Shown: positions 14,066 to 29,200 of the stretch, piece by piece
How the letters are laid out: every line of letters starts with the position of its first letter
Position numbering within the stretch: position 1 is the stretch's first letter
Source of the DNA: Chrysomallon squamiferum
Lineage: Eukaryota; Animalia; Mollusca
Direction: 5' to 3'
Length of the DNA: 64,000 bases
NCBI GenBank assembly: GCA_012295275.1
Contig: CM022670.1
Coordinates: 29,884,001 to 29,948,000 of the forward strand
Notes under the pieces: generated by a model
What the model was told of the DNA's origin: nothing
The model's input: only the letters and a program-made list of their open reading frames with translations
Databases searched by the model: none
Position numbers and translations under genes: made by a program

Positions 14066-14400
14066 ATTTAATGCGTCCGAATTACTTGTTGACAAATATC
14101 TTCGCGGCTTTTTCTAAAAGTATTTCCGGCACGTGAAAAAATATAAAATGAAATGAAAACGAAATATGTAAGACGTGGTCTTCACTGATTAATATATTTT
14201 TCATGAAATGTAAATTAATGTTTTGACTGTGTGTCAGTCTGAATACTTTTCAGGGTATGGGTCGTCTTTTTTCATTTTATTTGGTGTACATTTTACATGC
14301 TTTAAAAACAATAATAATGTTGATGGGATTTACAAAATGCTTTTTAATCTATGAGTAATCTCCCTTGACAAAATGGCACCCTAGCAGCAAGTAAACAAGA
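14066..14400. promoter_or_regulatory. Probable bidirectional promoter between RanGAP1 and the LRR gene
   Basis: Head-to-head start codons at 14065(-) and 15430(+). Local CpG-containing island in AT-rich DNA with TTTCCGG (ETS-like) abutting CACGTG (E-box) at ~14123-14135. Confidence 0.55.
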
Positions 14401-14440
14401 AAAATTTAATTTTATACTAGAAGGAAAATAAATACTTTGA

Positions 14441-15165
14441 ATTTTAAATGCTAATAAAATCATTAAAAGTGTTTGATATTAAAAACTATTATGCCATTCA
14501 TTGCAATTTAAATAGTGATCATTTAAAAATGATAAGTAGACCATCATAATGATGATGAATATGAACCAGTTTTCAAATTTAATCAATGAATTATTGCACG
14601 CAAAAATTATTTAATTTTTTAATTTTAAATAAAAAAGCAAAAGAAACTAAGAAAATTAATGTTCTATATTTATTTTATAATTAGAAATAAATATTATTCC
14701 ATTTACTACTATTTAAACAGTGGTCATTTTAAATGTTAATAAAATCATTAAAAGTGTTTGATATTAAAAACTATTATTCCATTCATTGCAATTTAAATAG
14801 TGATCATTTAAAAATGATAAGTAGACCATCATAATGATGATGAATATGAACCAGTTTTCAAATTTAATCAATGAATTATTGCACGCTAAAATTATTTAAT
14901 TTTTTAATTTTAAATAAAAAAGCAAAAGAAACTAAGAAAATTAATGTTCTATATTTATTTTATAATTAGAAATAAATATTATTCCATTTACTACTATTTA
15001 AACAGTGGTCATTTAGAAATGATAAGAAGACCATAATGATTATGAATATGAACCAGTTTTCAATTGTATTCAGTGAATTATTTAATTTTTTAATTTTAAA
15101 TAAAAATTAAAAAGAATGTAAGACAATTAATGTTATATATTTGTTTTATGATTAGAAATAAATAA
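14441..15165. repeat. 285-bp tandem duplication (two near-identical copies plus a diverged partial third)
   Basis: ATTTTAAATG(C/T)TAATAAAATCATTAAAAGTG starts at 14441 and at 14726. The third, diverged partial copy runs from ~14992 to ~15165. Confidence 0.9.
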
Positions 15166-15429
15166 CAACAAATAAAAAATCTCTCGTGAAAATAAATGTT
15201 TCCACACCCACTAAAATCAATCAAAACCAAACAAAATTACCAAACACAGGTATCAGGTAATGTTTAATTCATTAGTGGAAATTACCCCTTTAACAGCAGT
15301 AAAATTAATTAATTATATTTAAGCTTGTAATGGAAATAATTTTCTTTCTTCTTTTATTTATTTGTATTGTGAAATTGTATTGTTCTGTAGGTTTGGTAAG
15401 TTTGATTAAGTGTGACGAACGTCCTCATA

Positions 15430-18400
15430 ATGGAAACACTGCTGGCACCAGAGTTTGTGGAGCACAGGATATCAACTCTTCCAACTCTTGTTGAAGGATG
15501 GGATGTCAAACATTCTACACACTACTATCAGCTAGACTTGAAAATGTGTCACATTAAAACACTCACCTACAGCTTTGAATGGGGAAAAGAAATGTAAATA
15601 TATATATTTTTTTTATTATTTCTTTCTTTTATTTCGTAATCATGAGCACAAAGATATCTTTTATATACATCTTCCCAAAGATAGAAGAGCTCATACTATT
15701 GTCATTAGCATCAGATCTAATACACTGTGCTAAAGAAAATTTCTATTACATATTGCGTAGATTGTTCAGTTGAATAGAACTGTTCAATTTTTTGAAAGAA
15801 TTTATGCTTACATGCCACACTAAATGGAGAATATTAACATTTTAATTTTGTTATTGACATATAATTTCTGTCATTATTTATTTAATTATTTATTTTAACT
15901 GAAATATAATTGAATTTTTTGTTGTTGATGTCTCACCCTTATATATATATATATATATATATTTTCATTATATTGATTTATTGATTTAATTATTACCAAT
16001 ATTTTGTAATTGTCAGATTTTATTATTTATCATATTTGTTAGCAGTTCATCTTGATTTTTATTTGATAGCATGCCACAGTTTCGACTAGCTTCAGTTCTA
16101 GAAATGCCATCAAAAATTTTACGGTTGGACTTAAGTCTTAATGAACTGGTCAGTTTGTCTCGTGATGGACTTTCCCCATTCCGCAATCTTAGATCACTTG
16201 ATGCTTCTTTGAATCAGATTAGCAAGTGGGTAGTATTTTTCTTAATTAATATTTATTAGGTATCGAGATTTCACTACATACTACTGTAAAAGACTGTGGG
16301 TCTGGCATTACTTACAGCTTACAACAAGTTCACCTGCCATTCATAGGCAACAGCAGCAATATCTGCCACCTGGTTATTTAGTGAACTTCGTTTTGTATAA
16401 TAAATTAAACAGACACTTCGATTTTATTTAATCGCTTGTAAAATAAACTTGTTAATAGTTAATGCATTTGATGCAATTATTTATAGGAGTATTTTTGATA
16501 AACAAGTAATTTGAACATTGTTCAAAGTACTTATATCCTGAATATTTTCTGTACCATCCTTTCATTTAACTCGCACCAGTTATGCTGATTCCCGACATCC
16601 CTTTCACAAATGCTGGGGAGACCACTTATGTATTTGCCTGCTTAATTAGTTAACTTTTTATATTTTTAATATTGTAATGGATATAGCTTAAAAATGTGTT
16701 CTGTATTTAATTTTTTCTGTTTTGTTTAAATGATTTGTGAAAATGAAGATTTAAGAAGAAAATATTTTTTATTATTTTTTTTATTCATAAGCTCATCACT
16801 ATGTCAAGAATATAATTGGTTAATGATTTTTTTTTTTAAAGGGTTTTAGAGTTATTTATACCATTTATTATTGTTGTTATTACTAATTGATTTTATATAT
16901 ATGTTTGCACATGTATTCACTTATATATATATGTTTTTTTTTTTTTAATTTCTATAATTTTTGAAATACATGATTTCATTGTGCATTTTCAGTTTTCAAG
17001 GCATAGAAGCTCTAAAACATCTGTATTCACTGAATTTAGCTCATAATTTCATCAAGCATGTTGATTCTCTGAGTAACAGCATATCACTGGTGGAGTTAAA
17101 TCTCAGTATGAATGAAATAGAAAGTATTTCTGCCATGCCAAGCCTCATCAGTTTACGTGTGTTGAATATCAGTAACAACAAGGTGAGAAAATGATACAGA
17201 AATCATTTAGAAATGTAAAATGTTATAAAATAAAATTAGATGTTTGAAATTTGAAATTATATTTTTTGTTTTAAATAAAAGAAAAATATTGAAATAAAAA
17301 TGAAATATGATTTAATAAAACAACAATAATAAAAACAACAACAAAAATAATAATAACAATAACAAAAATAATAGTAACAATAACAATAATAATAAAAATA
17401 ATAAATAAATAAATAAATCAAAATGTTAGTTAAATTAAGGGATTTAATATTTTGTACTGTATAATTCAGTCTGTATTCTTAACTTCAAAATAACTGTTTT
17501 ATGCAGTTTTTTTAATTTGTCTCCTATGATTGGTTTATTTCTGAAAAGGAAAATAGAAAACTTTAATTTAAATTAAATAATTAATGAGAAAAAAAAGACG
17601 TTTTTTATCAGATGATAAAAATTTTTTATTTAGAAATAAATAAACTCCATTTAAGCTATTAATTTTTTCATATCGTTATCCTGTCTTTAATGCTATGTGT
17701 TCTGGACTGATGATTTTTCATTCTGTTTTATTTTTTACTTTTTTATGTTTTAATAGTTGATGAGTTTGGAAGGTATCTCAGCACTGCATAAACTGGAAGA
17801 GCTGTATGTTCAAAGAAATAAACTGGTATACTTACCCATGAGACAATAGATCTTTATCATTACAAATCCTAGGATTTGTTGACACATCTATTAATAGATG
17901 GGAAAATTAACTTTAATATTTTTAGATGTAGCAAAAACAGAGAATATTAATTTTATACCAGTGATTAATTTTATCTGTGATGTCACTGTTGAATATTTCT
18001 TTAATATATGCATTTATGTTATTAATCATATTTGTTTTATTAATATTTCAAATAAAATTATATAAATTATATAACTTTTTGTGCAAGGTACCTCCTACTT
18101 GTTTCTGCTTTATATATATTTCAGTATGACATTGTTCCAGTAACCAGTCTCATTCATCTCCGAATTCTGAATGCCTCTGACAACAAAATTATGAACTTTG
18201 ATGATGTACTGAAAGTTCTCCAGAAAGTAAAATGGTTGCAAGTTCTTTGTCTGCATGTGAGTTAAAAAAACCAACAAAAAAAACACCCACAAAATTATTG
18301 TGAGTTATTTGCTGATAAAAAAATTACATCTAAAATAAATATGTGTAAAAATAATTATGTGTTTGACATCTGTACTATTTAGAGCAGGAAAACATTGTCA

Positions 18401-20746
18401 TTTCTAGAAATTAGAGTAGGAAAATATATATAAAAATAAAAGGGCATCTGAGATGATATTGCATTTAACATAGAAGAACATACTTAAATAAAGTGAACTA
18501 ACATGTACTGTGAGATGTTTTATTGCTACCAGGGTAATCCTGTTGACAGAGAGCCCCACTACGAAGCTGACATACTGCGAGCATCAAATGTCATGACACT
18601 CGACAATGTGTCAGTGCGTCCACTGCCAAAGAAAAGTGTAAGTCTTTAAATAATATTATAGTATTAGTATTGTCTTGCTTTTCAGTTTTGTATTCATCTT
18701 ACCTTGTGAATAACATGCTAAAGTTGTTGGGTTTGGAATTGTTAATGTGTGGCAGTGTATGCAAATGCATGTTTATACCTGTGTGTTCATTTATGTTTCA
18801 GTTTTCGTATGTATCTGGTTTTTATATGTTTGAATTTGATTAAATGTTATTAAGAGTGTTTATGTTTAAGTTTGTATTGCCTCTGTATGTCTATATTGTG
18901 AAATACCTTTTCATAAGGTAATGAAAAAAACTTACATTATTTCACTTTCAGTTTGTTTGCTTGCAGGTTGATAACCAACGACATACTGAAAATATTCTCA
19001 CTCTCAAAGATGCTGCCAGGCAGGTTTTTGAAGAGAGAATGAGAGCATCAAGAAACAGTATGGAAGAAAATGTTAATTTTTTACAGAGAAGGATCTTGTA
19101 AATACCCTTTTTTGCTGTTTTCTTTCTTTATTATTATTATCAATAAATAAAAGAATATCTTTCTTAAAATGTTGAGCTGCAGTTCTGAACTGAATTTATT
19201 TTAGGTCATTACAAGATGAACATAAAGAATTTGAACAGAAAATGAAAAATGACTTGGAAGTGTGTTTGAGGTATTTATTTATTTGTTTTTATTTTATTAT
19301 TATTACTATATTATTTATTTTATTTTATTTTATTTTATTTTATTTTACTATTTTAAATTACTTTTTTGCAATATTCTGCTTTTATTTAAAAACATTATTT
19401 TTACAAATTTATTTTGACCAAATATTTTTTTTAAAGTTATCAGAACTGAAATCTATTTTCAGTTTTTTATCTTTAATTTTTTAGGAAAAATCTTGTATTA
19501 TTTTCTCAAATTTGTTGTCATTTCTGCTTTAAAATTGAGTTAAACTCAATTAATCCATTTTTTTTCTATAGAAATATAGTTTATATTTGTATTTTTACAG
19601 CTGCAGTCATAGTTTTTAATAAATGTTTAATATATATATATACAGCATAACAAATAGCTTTATATATATATATTAAAAGATATATTATTTTATTATTGTT
19701 AATAAATTCAGTAATACATTTAGCATATGAAAACTCCTGAAGTTAATAAATATGAATTTGTTTATAAATTACATTTAAAATGTTTGATGTTTTACAGGTA
19801 TTTGGATTCATTAACCTCAGGGGAGATTGGTTATGTTGAAAAAAATGCTCTGAAATTTCCACCTGGAACCCCAATACCATGGGAAATGGTATCTTTTTTC
19901 TTTTCTTTTTTGACTCCTAACATATACATTTAATATTTTTAATAAATGTATTATTAATAATTGAACACTAACAATAATAAAAAATAAGAATAATAAAAAT
20001 AAGAACAAAATGTTTTCCTGTTTATACTCTGTTGTTACATACTTAAGCATACACAGAGAGGCAGTGAGTGCATTAGACAATTACAAAAGTAAAAATTTAG
20101 AAAGGAACGTTATCCCTGACATCTACTGAGCTACAGTTTTTTAACTGATATTTCATTTGCACATTACCATGGACAATAAATAACTTAGATTTGATCTTTA
20201 AAAACCAGTAATACGGATTAAAAACACAACAGAAGCATTAAGCAAAACTGATTCTATGACTACTTATGAATGGGCCAGGACTCCAGCACTTGAGTAGAGT
20301 CCACTTCTTACTGTCTTAAAAGTGAAAGAAAAGTAAAATAAAAAAGAATATCCTGTAAAAAATGTTTAATTTTTATATAGATAAATGTTCAAAAATGAGT
20401 ATAAAATTTGTTTTATCTGTATACATTATTTTATCTTACAGCAGTGTGTTGCACCAAGTAGAGCAGAAGGGAAAAAGGATTACAGTAATGTTAAAGACAC
20501 AGATGAGGTATGGATGAATTAAACAAAATTATTTTCAAATATTATCTTCTGTTAATAGTTAAATTTATTAATTTTAAAATTCATGTTTTATAATTTAGAT
20601 TTTTAATTCACTAAATAAAATTATGAAGGAATAACAAAATCATATATTTTTATGAATTTTATTTTTTTTAATTTTTTTTTTCACAGTTACTGACTTGTGC
20701 CTACATGGAACTTGCTAAGGAAAAAGACAATCTACAAAATATTTGA
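15430..20746 (+). CDS. SDS22-like leucine-rich repeat protein with LRRcap and C-terminal coiled coil (~409 aa)
   Basis: Exons: 15430-15593, 16070-16225, 16993-17182, 17757-17825, 18125-18256, 18533-18637, 18967-19097, 19205-19270, 19798-19888, 20442-20507, 20687-20746, all in phase. LRRs include LRLDLSLNEL, LRSLDASLNQI, LYSLNLAHNFI, LEELYVQRNKL. The cap reads LHGNPV..PHYEADILR..VMTLDN, followed by a heptad-like LQRRILSLQDEHKEFEQKM. Confidence 0.88.
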
Positions 20747-22496
20747 AAAAAAGAAAAACAATTTCAGTAAACTGAATAACTGACCAGTGTGATGCAATAT
20801 TAGAAAAGCATACAAGTTTAGAATTTAGTGTATTTCTTATTCATATAAATGGAGACAATTTTAAATATTGTGCTACTGCATTCATGAATTAATTTGAAGA
20901 TGAATAACAAATGAAAATATGAACAGTCCTCTCTTTTAGCAAAGAACACTGCTTTTAAAAGAATTCTAAAAAATGTAATTGTTTTCCATTATCCCAAATT
21001 TATAGGATACAATGCCTGTACATATTTTCTATAGTTACCGTATATTTTCTATAAATATTATTTATTATTAATCAAAACTATTTATAAATGCTAATGGTGC
21101 CCTACTTGGAGAATAATTTCTGTGAATTCTTTTTACACATTACAATGACAAAATCATTAAAGGAGAAAAAAATATATATATACATACATGTATTTATTTT
21201 CCATTATTTGTGACAAATCGGTCATTAAGTACCAAAGAGGTCATGTTAAATACTTAAATTTTTCAAAGAATAGAGTGACTTGTGAAAGAACATTTCATAT
21301 TTTTATGTTATCTCTAAAATTATTTTTCAAACATCTTGAATATATGGTTATGACTACACCAGATTAGCCAAATTCAGATGTTAACAATATAATGAAAAAA
21401 CCCAACAACCAGCAATTAATGTTTTATTTTCCAAATATTTTGTTAACAAAAAAGAAAAAAGAAAATTAGTTACAGATAACAAACATAAATTTGACAAAGA
21501 TACTTACAATGGTATCTGCTGAAGCAAATTAATAACAATACTGTGATTTTATTTTTTTATAGTCTTTTATTTTTATAGATGGACACTTTATTTTATATTA
21601 CTGAAAACAAAAAAAGAAAAGAAACATAACACAGAGTCTGTGATAACTGTTTACTTCTTATCTTTAGAATATTTTTATTTAATAAAAATATGTATTCCTC
21701 TAATTGGTAAATGTGTTTGTTCTGTGCAATATACATTTGAGTAATATCTTGAAAATATGATGTTTATTCCTAATTACCCAACAAAAAAGAAAAATTTATA
21801 TATATGTAAAGGAGAGAAACCATGAAGAAAATTAAAATATATATATATAAAGACAAAATAGTAAATAAAAAAAAATGAAAGAATAGGAAGAGAATGCTGT
21901 CATGCTTTGTTTTGTGGATCTTTTCTTTAACATAATGTCAAGCAGCATAATCATGATATTTCAAACCAAGCTGTCAACTGCACACATACCATTCCGCTTT
22001 TTCATTTACTAATCTGCAGTTCTTTCTCACTTGTATCTCTCCTTCTTGTTATAACCGAAACATGAAAGACAAATAAGGATTAGTGATGTGGTATGATAGA
22101 GTAATTACTAACCTTGTCAGACTAATTATATTTTGCAATATGTGACTGAATTTAAAGCAGAAATCATCAACTGACATTTTTTACAGTTTTAAGAATAAAA
22201 AACAAGTAGAAATATACCCACTGAAAAATTGAAACAAATATTCCCATAGCCAGTTTATTCTAAAGTATAGTAATCTACATAAAAACAGAAATACAATTAC
22301 ATATTCAAAAAGCTGTAAACATTTTCAATTTGTCTAATTTGGGATTTCCTCTTCAGCTCATAACAATGTAAAAAAACAAATCACATTGAAAAAAAAAAAA
22401 TCATTTGGTGTTTTGTTACAATTATTACGTTTCTCAAAACGTCCATAATATTAATACACTTTTTAAACTATTCATCTCATCTTCCCTCCAAACTGA

Positions 22497-22807
22497 TTAG
22501 AAATCCCAGTAGTCCAAAAAGCTAAATATATCTGGCTTCCTTCTCTTCCTCGGCAGCAGCACTCTGCTGATTTCATGGACAAGACCATTGGTAGCAGTAT
22601 TGTCACACTTGTTCACCTCAGCATGGCCAACCCTGATGCCATTGCGATAACGATCAAGAGAGAAAGTTTCTCCAGACATTGACTTAACTTTGGGGTTTCC
22701 AAACCAATTACTTTCAAAGATTCCAGCACAGCAAAGAAAACCTGAATTTAAAAAATAAATATGATAAAATAATAACAATAATTAATATTAAATTACAAAA
22801 CAAAAGA

Positions 22808-22841
<34 letters not shown>

Positions 22842-24377
22842 ACACACATATATATACAACAAGATTATTCAGGATATTTGTGAAATAAAAATAAAATTAA
22901 AAAAATATAAGATAAACATTCCTTTTTTTTTCTTCAATTTATTCATTTTTATGAAAGCATATTAAAATGAATTAATGTAATTTTCACAATATTACGAACT
23001 ATTTTAAATCATCAGTCAGTAGCTGTTAGCTGTGTCTTTTTTGTACGATCAAGGGATACTCTTAACAGTTAGCAGCCAGGAATCTTTTTATGCACACCTT
23101 CCCACAGAACGGGGAAAAACACACAATTTAGCATTTGATAAACCAATCAGAGGCATTGTCTAGAACTAAAAGTATATTTCAGTGTAGCATCATATTCAAG
23201 TTTAAAGTGTTCCTTTTTAGTTAGCCTACTGGCTTTAGTACTTAGATATTATATTTAGTTGAATTAAATGATCTGTATAAATAGTAATGTTTCTTACCCT
23301 GTACTATGTGGTTGTTCAACATGGATCTCAGTTTATCAGTGTTGTTTTCCAGTTTTTCAATCTCTTTGCTGTCTACATCTTCAAATGCCTAAATATCAAA
23401 TACAGTATTTAAAATAAAAATACAATAAATAAAAAATAAAACAATCTTGGAAGCACTATTTAACATACAAAATGTACAGGAATCACAAGAAACTGAATTA
23501 ACAGATATTTCTATTTGTCTATGTTTTATATAGATTCCATCAACAGTGGTATTCTATAACTAGTATGTTATTATTATTATTATTTAGTCCACATACATCC
23601 TGAGTGGATTAATGACTTTTAATAATATATTAAGAAAATGAAAGAAAAAGACTGTCATGCATGTGTATGTACATGAAAAGTGAATTAACTGAAGTTGAAA
23701 TAAAGAAAAAAAAGAAATCTTACAGAATGATCATAAATGATTCTGTTCTGTATATTTTAAACTTTGAGCACTGAAAGGTTTAAAATTATTTCCTGCAGGC
23801 AATGAAGATATGACTCATTTTAAAATTCAATTAATACATACATATTTTTTTTTTCTTCTTCTTCTTTTCTTTTCCTTTATTTTGGACTTTTTCAATTGAT
23901 AAACTTGTTTACACATTCACCTTATCAGTAGGAGCAAATACAGTAAAGGGTCCATTTTCCTGCAAAGTATCAGCCAGGCCAGCCTTCTTTAACAAAGCAA
24001 CCATGCGAGAAAATCTCTTATCATTAGACAATATGTCAATCACATTTCCCATTGGTGGGAACATCATCTGAAATAAAGTAAGCTTACAGTCACTGTATTA
24101 TATGTGTCATGGGAATGTTCACTCAAACTCTATTAATTTATTAGCTGACTGATGTTGTGTTCTTTTTATTGAACCTCTTTTCATCTTAGCAGTTATACAC
24201 ACCAGACTGATGAATCTGTCTTTTTTTAAATCCCAGACCCAGCAATGTGCCTCTACATCTGATGAGGTTTGTATTTGATGTGTTAACAGAAACTTTTATA
24301 GCTCATGAGAAATTTATTCTAAATAATACTCTGTCATTATTTAAAATATATGTAAGCTATGTGATGAATATGTTGGT

Positions 24378-24408
<31 letters not shown>

Positions 24409-26043
24409 TTACATGTGTACATTTGAATTTGTGTATGTATGTTCATGTGAGCTGTAAGAAAATAACTAAAACAGTCATCTTTCATTATTAATCTTTATTA
24501 GGTAAATTCAAATCCTTCTATTTTTTTAATTATTACCCTCTTCTTAATGAAAAACATTTACTATCCCTTAATTATATTTTCTTAAATGTATTCAGTGACT
24601 AAAGCCACACTTTCAAAATTTCATGTTAACCTAATACAGCATCATTTAGCTGTATTTTGGATTTGTCTACTGTTAATAAAAACATTACTCACAGCATCAA
24701 TGACATTGATAATGCCATTACATGATTCAAGGCTACGACGTTTGATTGGCACACACTGTGCTGTCTGCACCCTGTACTGGCTAAATGGAAACTGAAAAAC
24801 AACAAAGTACACTGAAAATATTAACACACATTTTAACATAACAGTGAGTATATTTCCATAAATTGTAGAACTGACAAACTACAAATATTATTGAAAATAT
24901 TGATATTTTTACGTTAAGGTAACATCATCAAGAGTACACATCTGTGAACTGCAGAATGAGAAAATATGGAAACATCATGCATCAAGCAAAAATGTTATTA
25001 AGCCTATAAATTACACACGGCTAGTACACGAGGTACTTAATGTAGGTTTCAGAGAATAGTTTATGTTATCAATGATCAGCATGAAGAAAACATAAAAAAT
25101 GATGCTGTGAATTACCATTCAAAGTATATGAGCTATGTTGTTTATTGTAAATTGCAAATTTATTTCATATCATGTCAACTTTTATTCAATATGAATTTAG
25201 GTGTATAGATTTTTGCTAAATATTATATAATGGACTGATACGTATTTTCTGTTGCTGGGACAATACATACGGAGGAGTACTCATTGATTCTGATCTTCTT
25301 GTCTGGTAATAGTGTGTCCAGTTGGTAGTTGTTATAGAGACGGCTGCAGGTCACTGCTGGCTTCACAATGTGGTACGACAGCAGCTTTCTCATTTCTTCT
25401 TGATTATTTTCTAGCATCTGTTTTGTCTTTTCTGGCAGATCCTTCAGTATAAGAACATATAATAAATTTGTTTAGCTTCACATACACACACACACAAATC
25501 AACCTGATAAAATATCTAATAAAAGAAATATAATTTTTATATATTTCTTTGTGACTTGCCAAAATTAAGCTCTTGATCTTTGATAGATTTGCTTATTAGA
25601 AACATGGATTTGATTTGAATTAATATAACTATACACTGATAATGTAATTTTCTTGTTATCAAACTAATTTATTCAGCAGTGAATCCTCTCAGCAGTAACC
25701 TAAAATGTTATTATCAAAATATTAAAGGGTAGAGAAATATAATAGTGTCAGTGAAACAGTATTACCTCTATAGCCTTATTTGTGGGTGCAAAGAATGTGA
25801 TGTTATCATTCTCAATGTCATGTATGCGACTGCTTTGTTTAAGGAGACCTAACACTTTGCTATAACCGTTCTTCTTAGCAAGATCAATGATATCCAGTGC
25901 TAAAATAGTAAAAATAATAATAATAATCATTTCAACAACAGCAATAGCAACAACTACAACAACAACAACATAAACAACATAATCCTCCTATCAACATAAG
26001 AGAGTTTTTATGAAAAAGTTTATATATTTTACTAGTCTTATCT

Positions 26044-26098
<55 letters not shown>

Positions 26099-26245
26099 CT
26101 CTCTCTCTCTCTGTCAAAGTAATATACCAGTAATTAGACTGAAGATAATGATAAAAATAAATATGGTAAAATGGAATTAAAATAGATTTAAAAAAGTAAA
26201 AAGAAAGAAACAAACAAACAAACAAACAATAAAACAAACAAATAA

Positions 26246-26280
<35 letters not shown>

Positions 26281-29200
26281 AATAAAATAAAACAAAATAA
26301 TATAATAATTAATTTACAACAATTCATAGTTATAATGACACTTTAACCAGTTTTTAAATTCAGATACCTTCATCTGGAACTAGCACATCATCAATGATGT
26401 AGAAGACACCATTTGTTGCCATGATGTCTTTTGCAGTGACCTGTGATCCTTCAACAAACAGCTTATCATTTTTGTCTCGTGTCAGGTTCAGGTACCTGTC
26501 CAGCAGATTGGGTGATTTAGCCTTTCCTTGGATTATTTGTGAGCAAATGACATTTGAAAGGATGTGATTCTTCAAAATCTCTGTAATGTTCAATAAAAAG
26601 AGAGAGAGAAAAAATTTATTAACATTTTAAAATCCCTAGCAGTGAAAGTAGAATTTTTCCAAAGGTATATGTTAGTATCTCACAGAATAAAACTCTTTTA
26701 AAATTTTCAGTTTTAAATGTTCTAAAAAATAGGAGAAAAAATTAATAAAATAAAATCATTTCTGTTACAAACACAAAATAAATATTTCTATTTATACTAA
26801 CTCCCAAGACATTCAGTGTCACCACTCAGAAGCCGGTCTCGAAATCTTGCACTAAGTTTCTGGAAGGCCTTGTCAGATGGTGCAAATACAGTCAACTGTC
26901 CTTCCTTTCTCAACAGCTGGGCCAGGCTGCTTCGTCCAAGAACTGTGAGAAAGTGGACAATGGTTTAAACATTTCTAAATAGCAATATTTAATATATGTG
27001 ATAGTGCTGTCAAAACCATTTTACAGTTACCTTTCATTTTTCACTAATCCTTTAATAAATGTGTAAATTGTTGTGTTTTCTTTAAAACAAGTATCTATAT
27101 GTTTTTCATAATTTATTTCACTGTTACCATTCAGGAAATAATTCTAAGAATAAAGATAAATTAGAATTAAAAAAAAGAGAAAGAATGAAAGAAAGAAAGA
27201 ATGAAAAAAGAGAAAAAAAAGAAGATCATGTTCAAAATGTAACCTGTTTTGAAAAAGCTCAGTTCTGGATTCTTGCTAACTATATCCATGAGGGACAACG
27301 TCACAGGCTGCAAAATGCCATCTACTGTATGAATGACACCATTGGTTGCCTCATTGTCTGTGGATATCAGTGGTAGACAGTTAGCTGTTACCAGCTGCAA
27401 GTAATAATAATATTAAATGTAAATGAAAAAAATCACTAATAATAATTAGAAGAACAAGACGAAGAAGAAAAAGAACATCAACAACAAGAATAACAAGAAA
27501 AACAAGAAAAATTTAAAATAAATAAGAAAAACTAATATCTTTATTTACAAATATATCAAAACTAAATATCTGTAATAAGAAACAATGCAATGTTTCAAAT
27601 TCATAGAATTCATCTGATGATTTGTCTCTGATGTCTTATATCAATTATCTACTATTAAATGATGAAACAGTTTCCAGTCTAGCCAGTTTCAGTTAAGTTG
27701 TATGTGTGCAAATAACTACTTATATAAACAAACAAATGAGCATAGACACACAAAAAAACAAAAACAAAACAAGGACAACAGAGATTATGAAACAAATTAT
27801 GATTTCTAATTATAGTCTACTTTTACCAATTAGCAGCAAATTATTGTTTTTGTGCATGTTCTCACAGGCAGAAATTTTTCTAGTGAGAATACTGAGGATT
27901 GATCTCAAACCAATGCACTGTGCCGTAGCCCTGAGTTATAATAACAACAACAATAATAATGATAATGATGATCATGTTAATAATGATGATAATTATGTTG
28001 TTGTTGATGATTATGATATTAATAATAAAATGTTAATAACGGTGCAGCTTGTATGACAACTACATGTGTATTATTACAATTGTTAACATTACTTTTTGTG
28101 GCTGATTGTAGAAGTTGACTCTGATGTGAGCTTTGTAAGGACTTCCAGTTTCAATCAGCTGTTCATCCTGCATGGAACTTGTCTTCAAGGTTCCCACTAC
28201 CAGATGCCCCAGCAACAGGTGACGCATGTCAGAAACAACTAGGTCACTTATTGGCTGCGACACCATGACAACGTTATTCTTGTATGTTCGCATATATGGC
28301 ACATCCTGAAATAATTGACAGACAAGAAAAATTTAATTCATTTTAGTCTAAATGTGTAATATGAAGCGAATATAATTTAAAGTGAATAACTAATTGGCCT
28401 GTCACTTTTGATGAATTCAATAGAACACAATAAAAAGATGTGTAATGACATTTATAGGAAGAAAGATATTTTACCTCAGCTGTTTATTTTAATTCTTTTT
28501 TTGTATTTTCTTCTTTTTTTAAATGATGTTAATTTTCTTTTTTTTTTTTAATTGTTTTATAATTACTATTGATTAATATATAATTACATGGAAGTGATAA
28601 AATAATAATAAAAATCTCTGTAATTTATATTTTTGTTTGTTTTAATTACTTTTACTTATACTTTATAAAAGAGGAGAAATCATAATAGTAATTAGTATCA
28701 TTACAAATAAATAAACAAACAAAACAAACGAGCTAAACAATAAGTTAAAGATAAAAATGTATTCCTTATTCATTTAAATGAACATAAACTACATAACAGA
28801 CCTGGGGCATCAGAGCTGGCAAGATGGGAGAAATAGTAGCTTCATCTTTCCATGCAGAGTTTACTGGGGCAAATACAGTAAAGTTGCCTTCCCGAAGCTC
28901 TTCAGTCATGTCCACGCTATTTGTAGCACGAAGGAACTCAGTCAGACCTAGTTTCTGCGCAGTATCCACGAGATTTAGAAGTTTCAGTTCTAATTTTTAA
29001 ACAATAAAATAAAATAAACAAAACTTTATATTCACGCATTTACTATAAAGATTTAACATAATTTTCTTTAGTTTTTTCAAGCATGCAAAAATTAATATTG
29101 AGAGATTTAAAATCTCTTATCACATTAAAAAGGCATTATAAAGAAATTTCCAGTTATAAGCAGTGAATCAAATAATGGTAGATTGAATGCATTAAAGTCT

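Noticed and set aside
25932-26327. Hydrophobic/Cys-rich ORFs here and at 38042-39021, 39954-40220 and 44605-44790
   Set aside because: These are translations of microsatellites and AT-rich low-complexity sequence.
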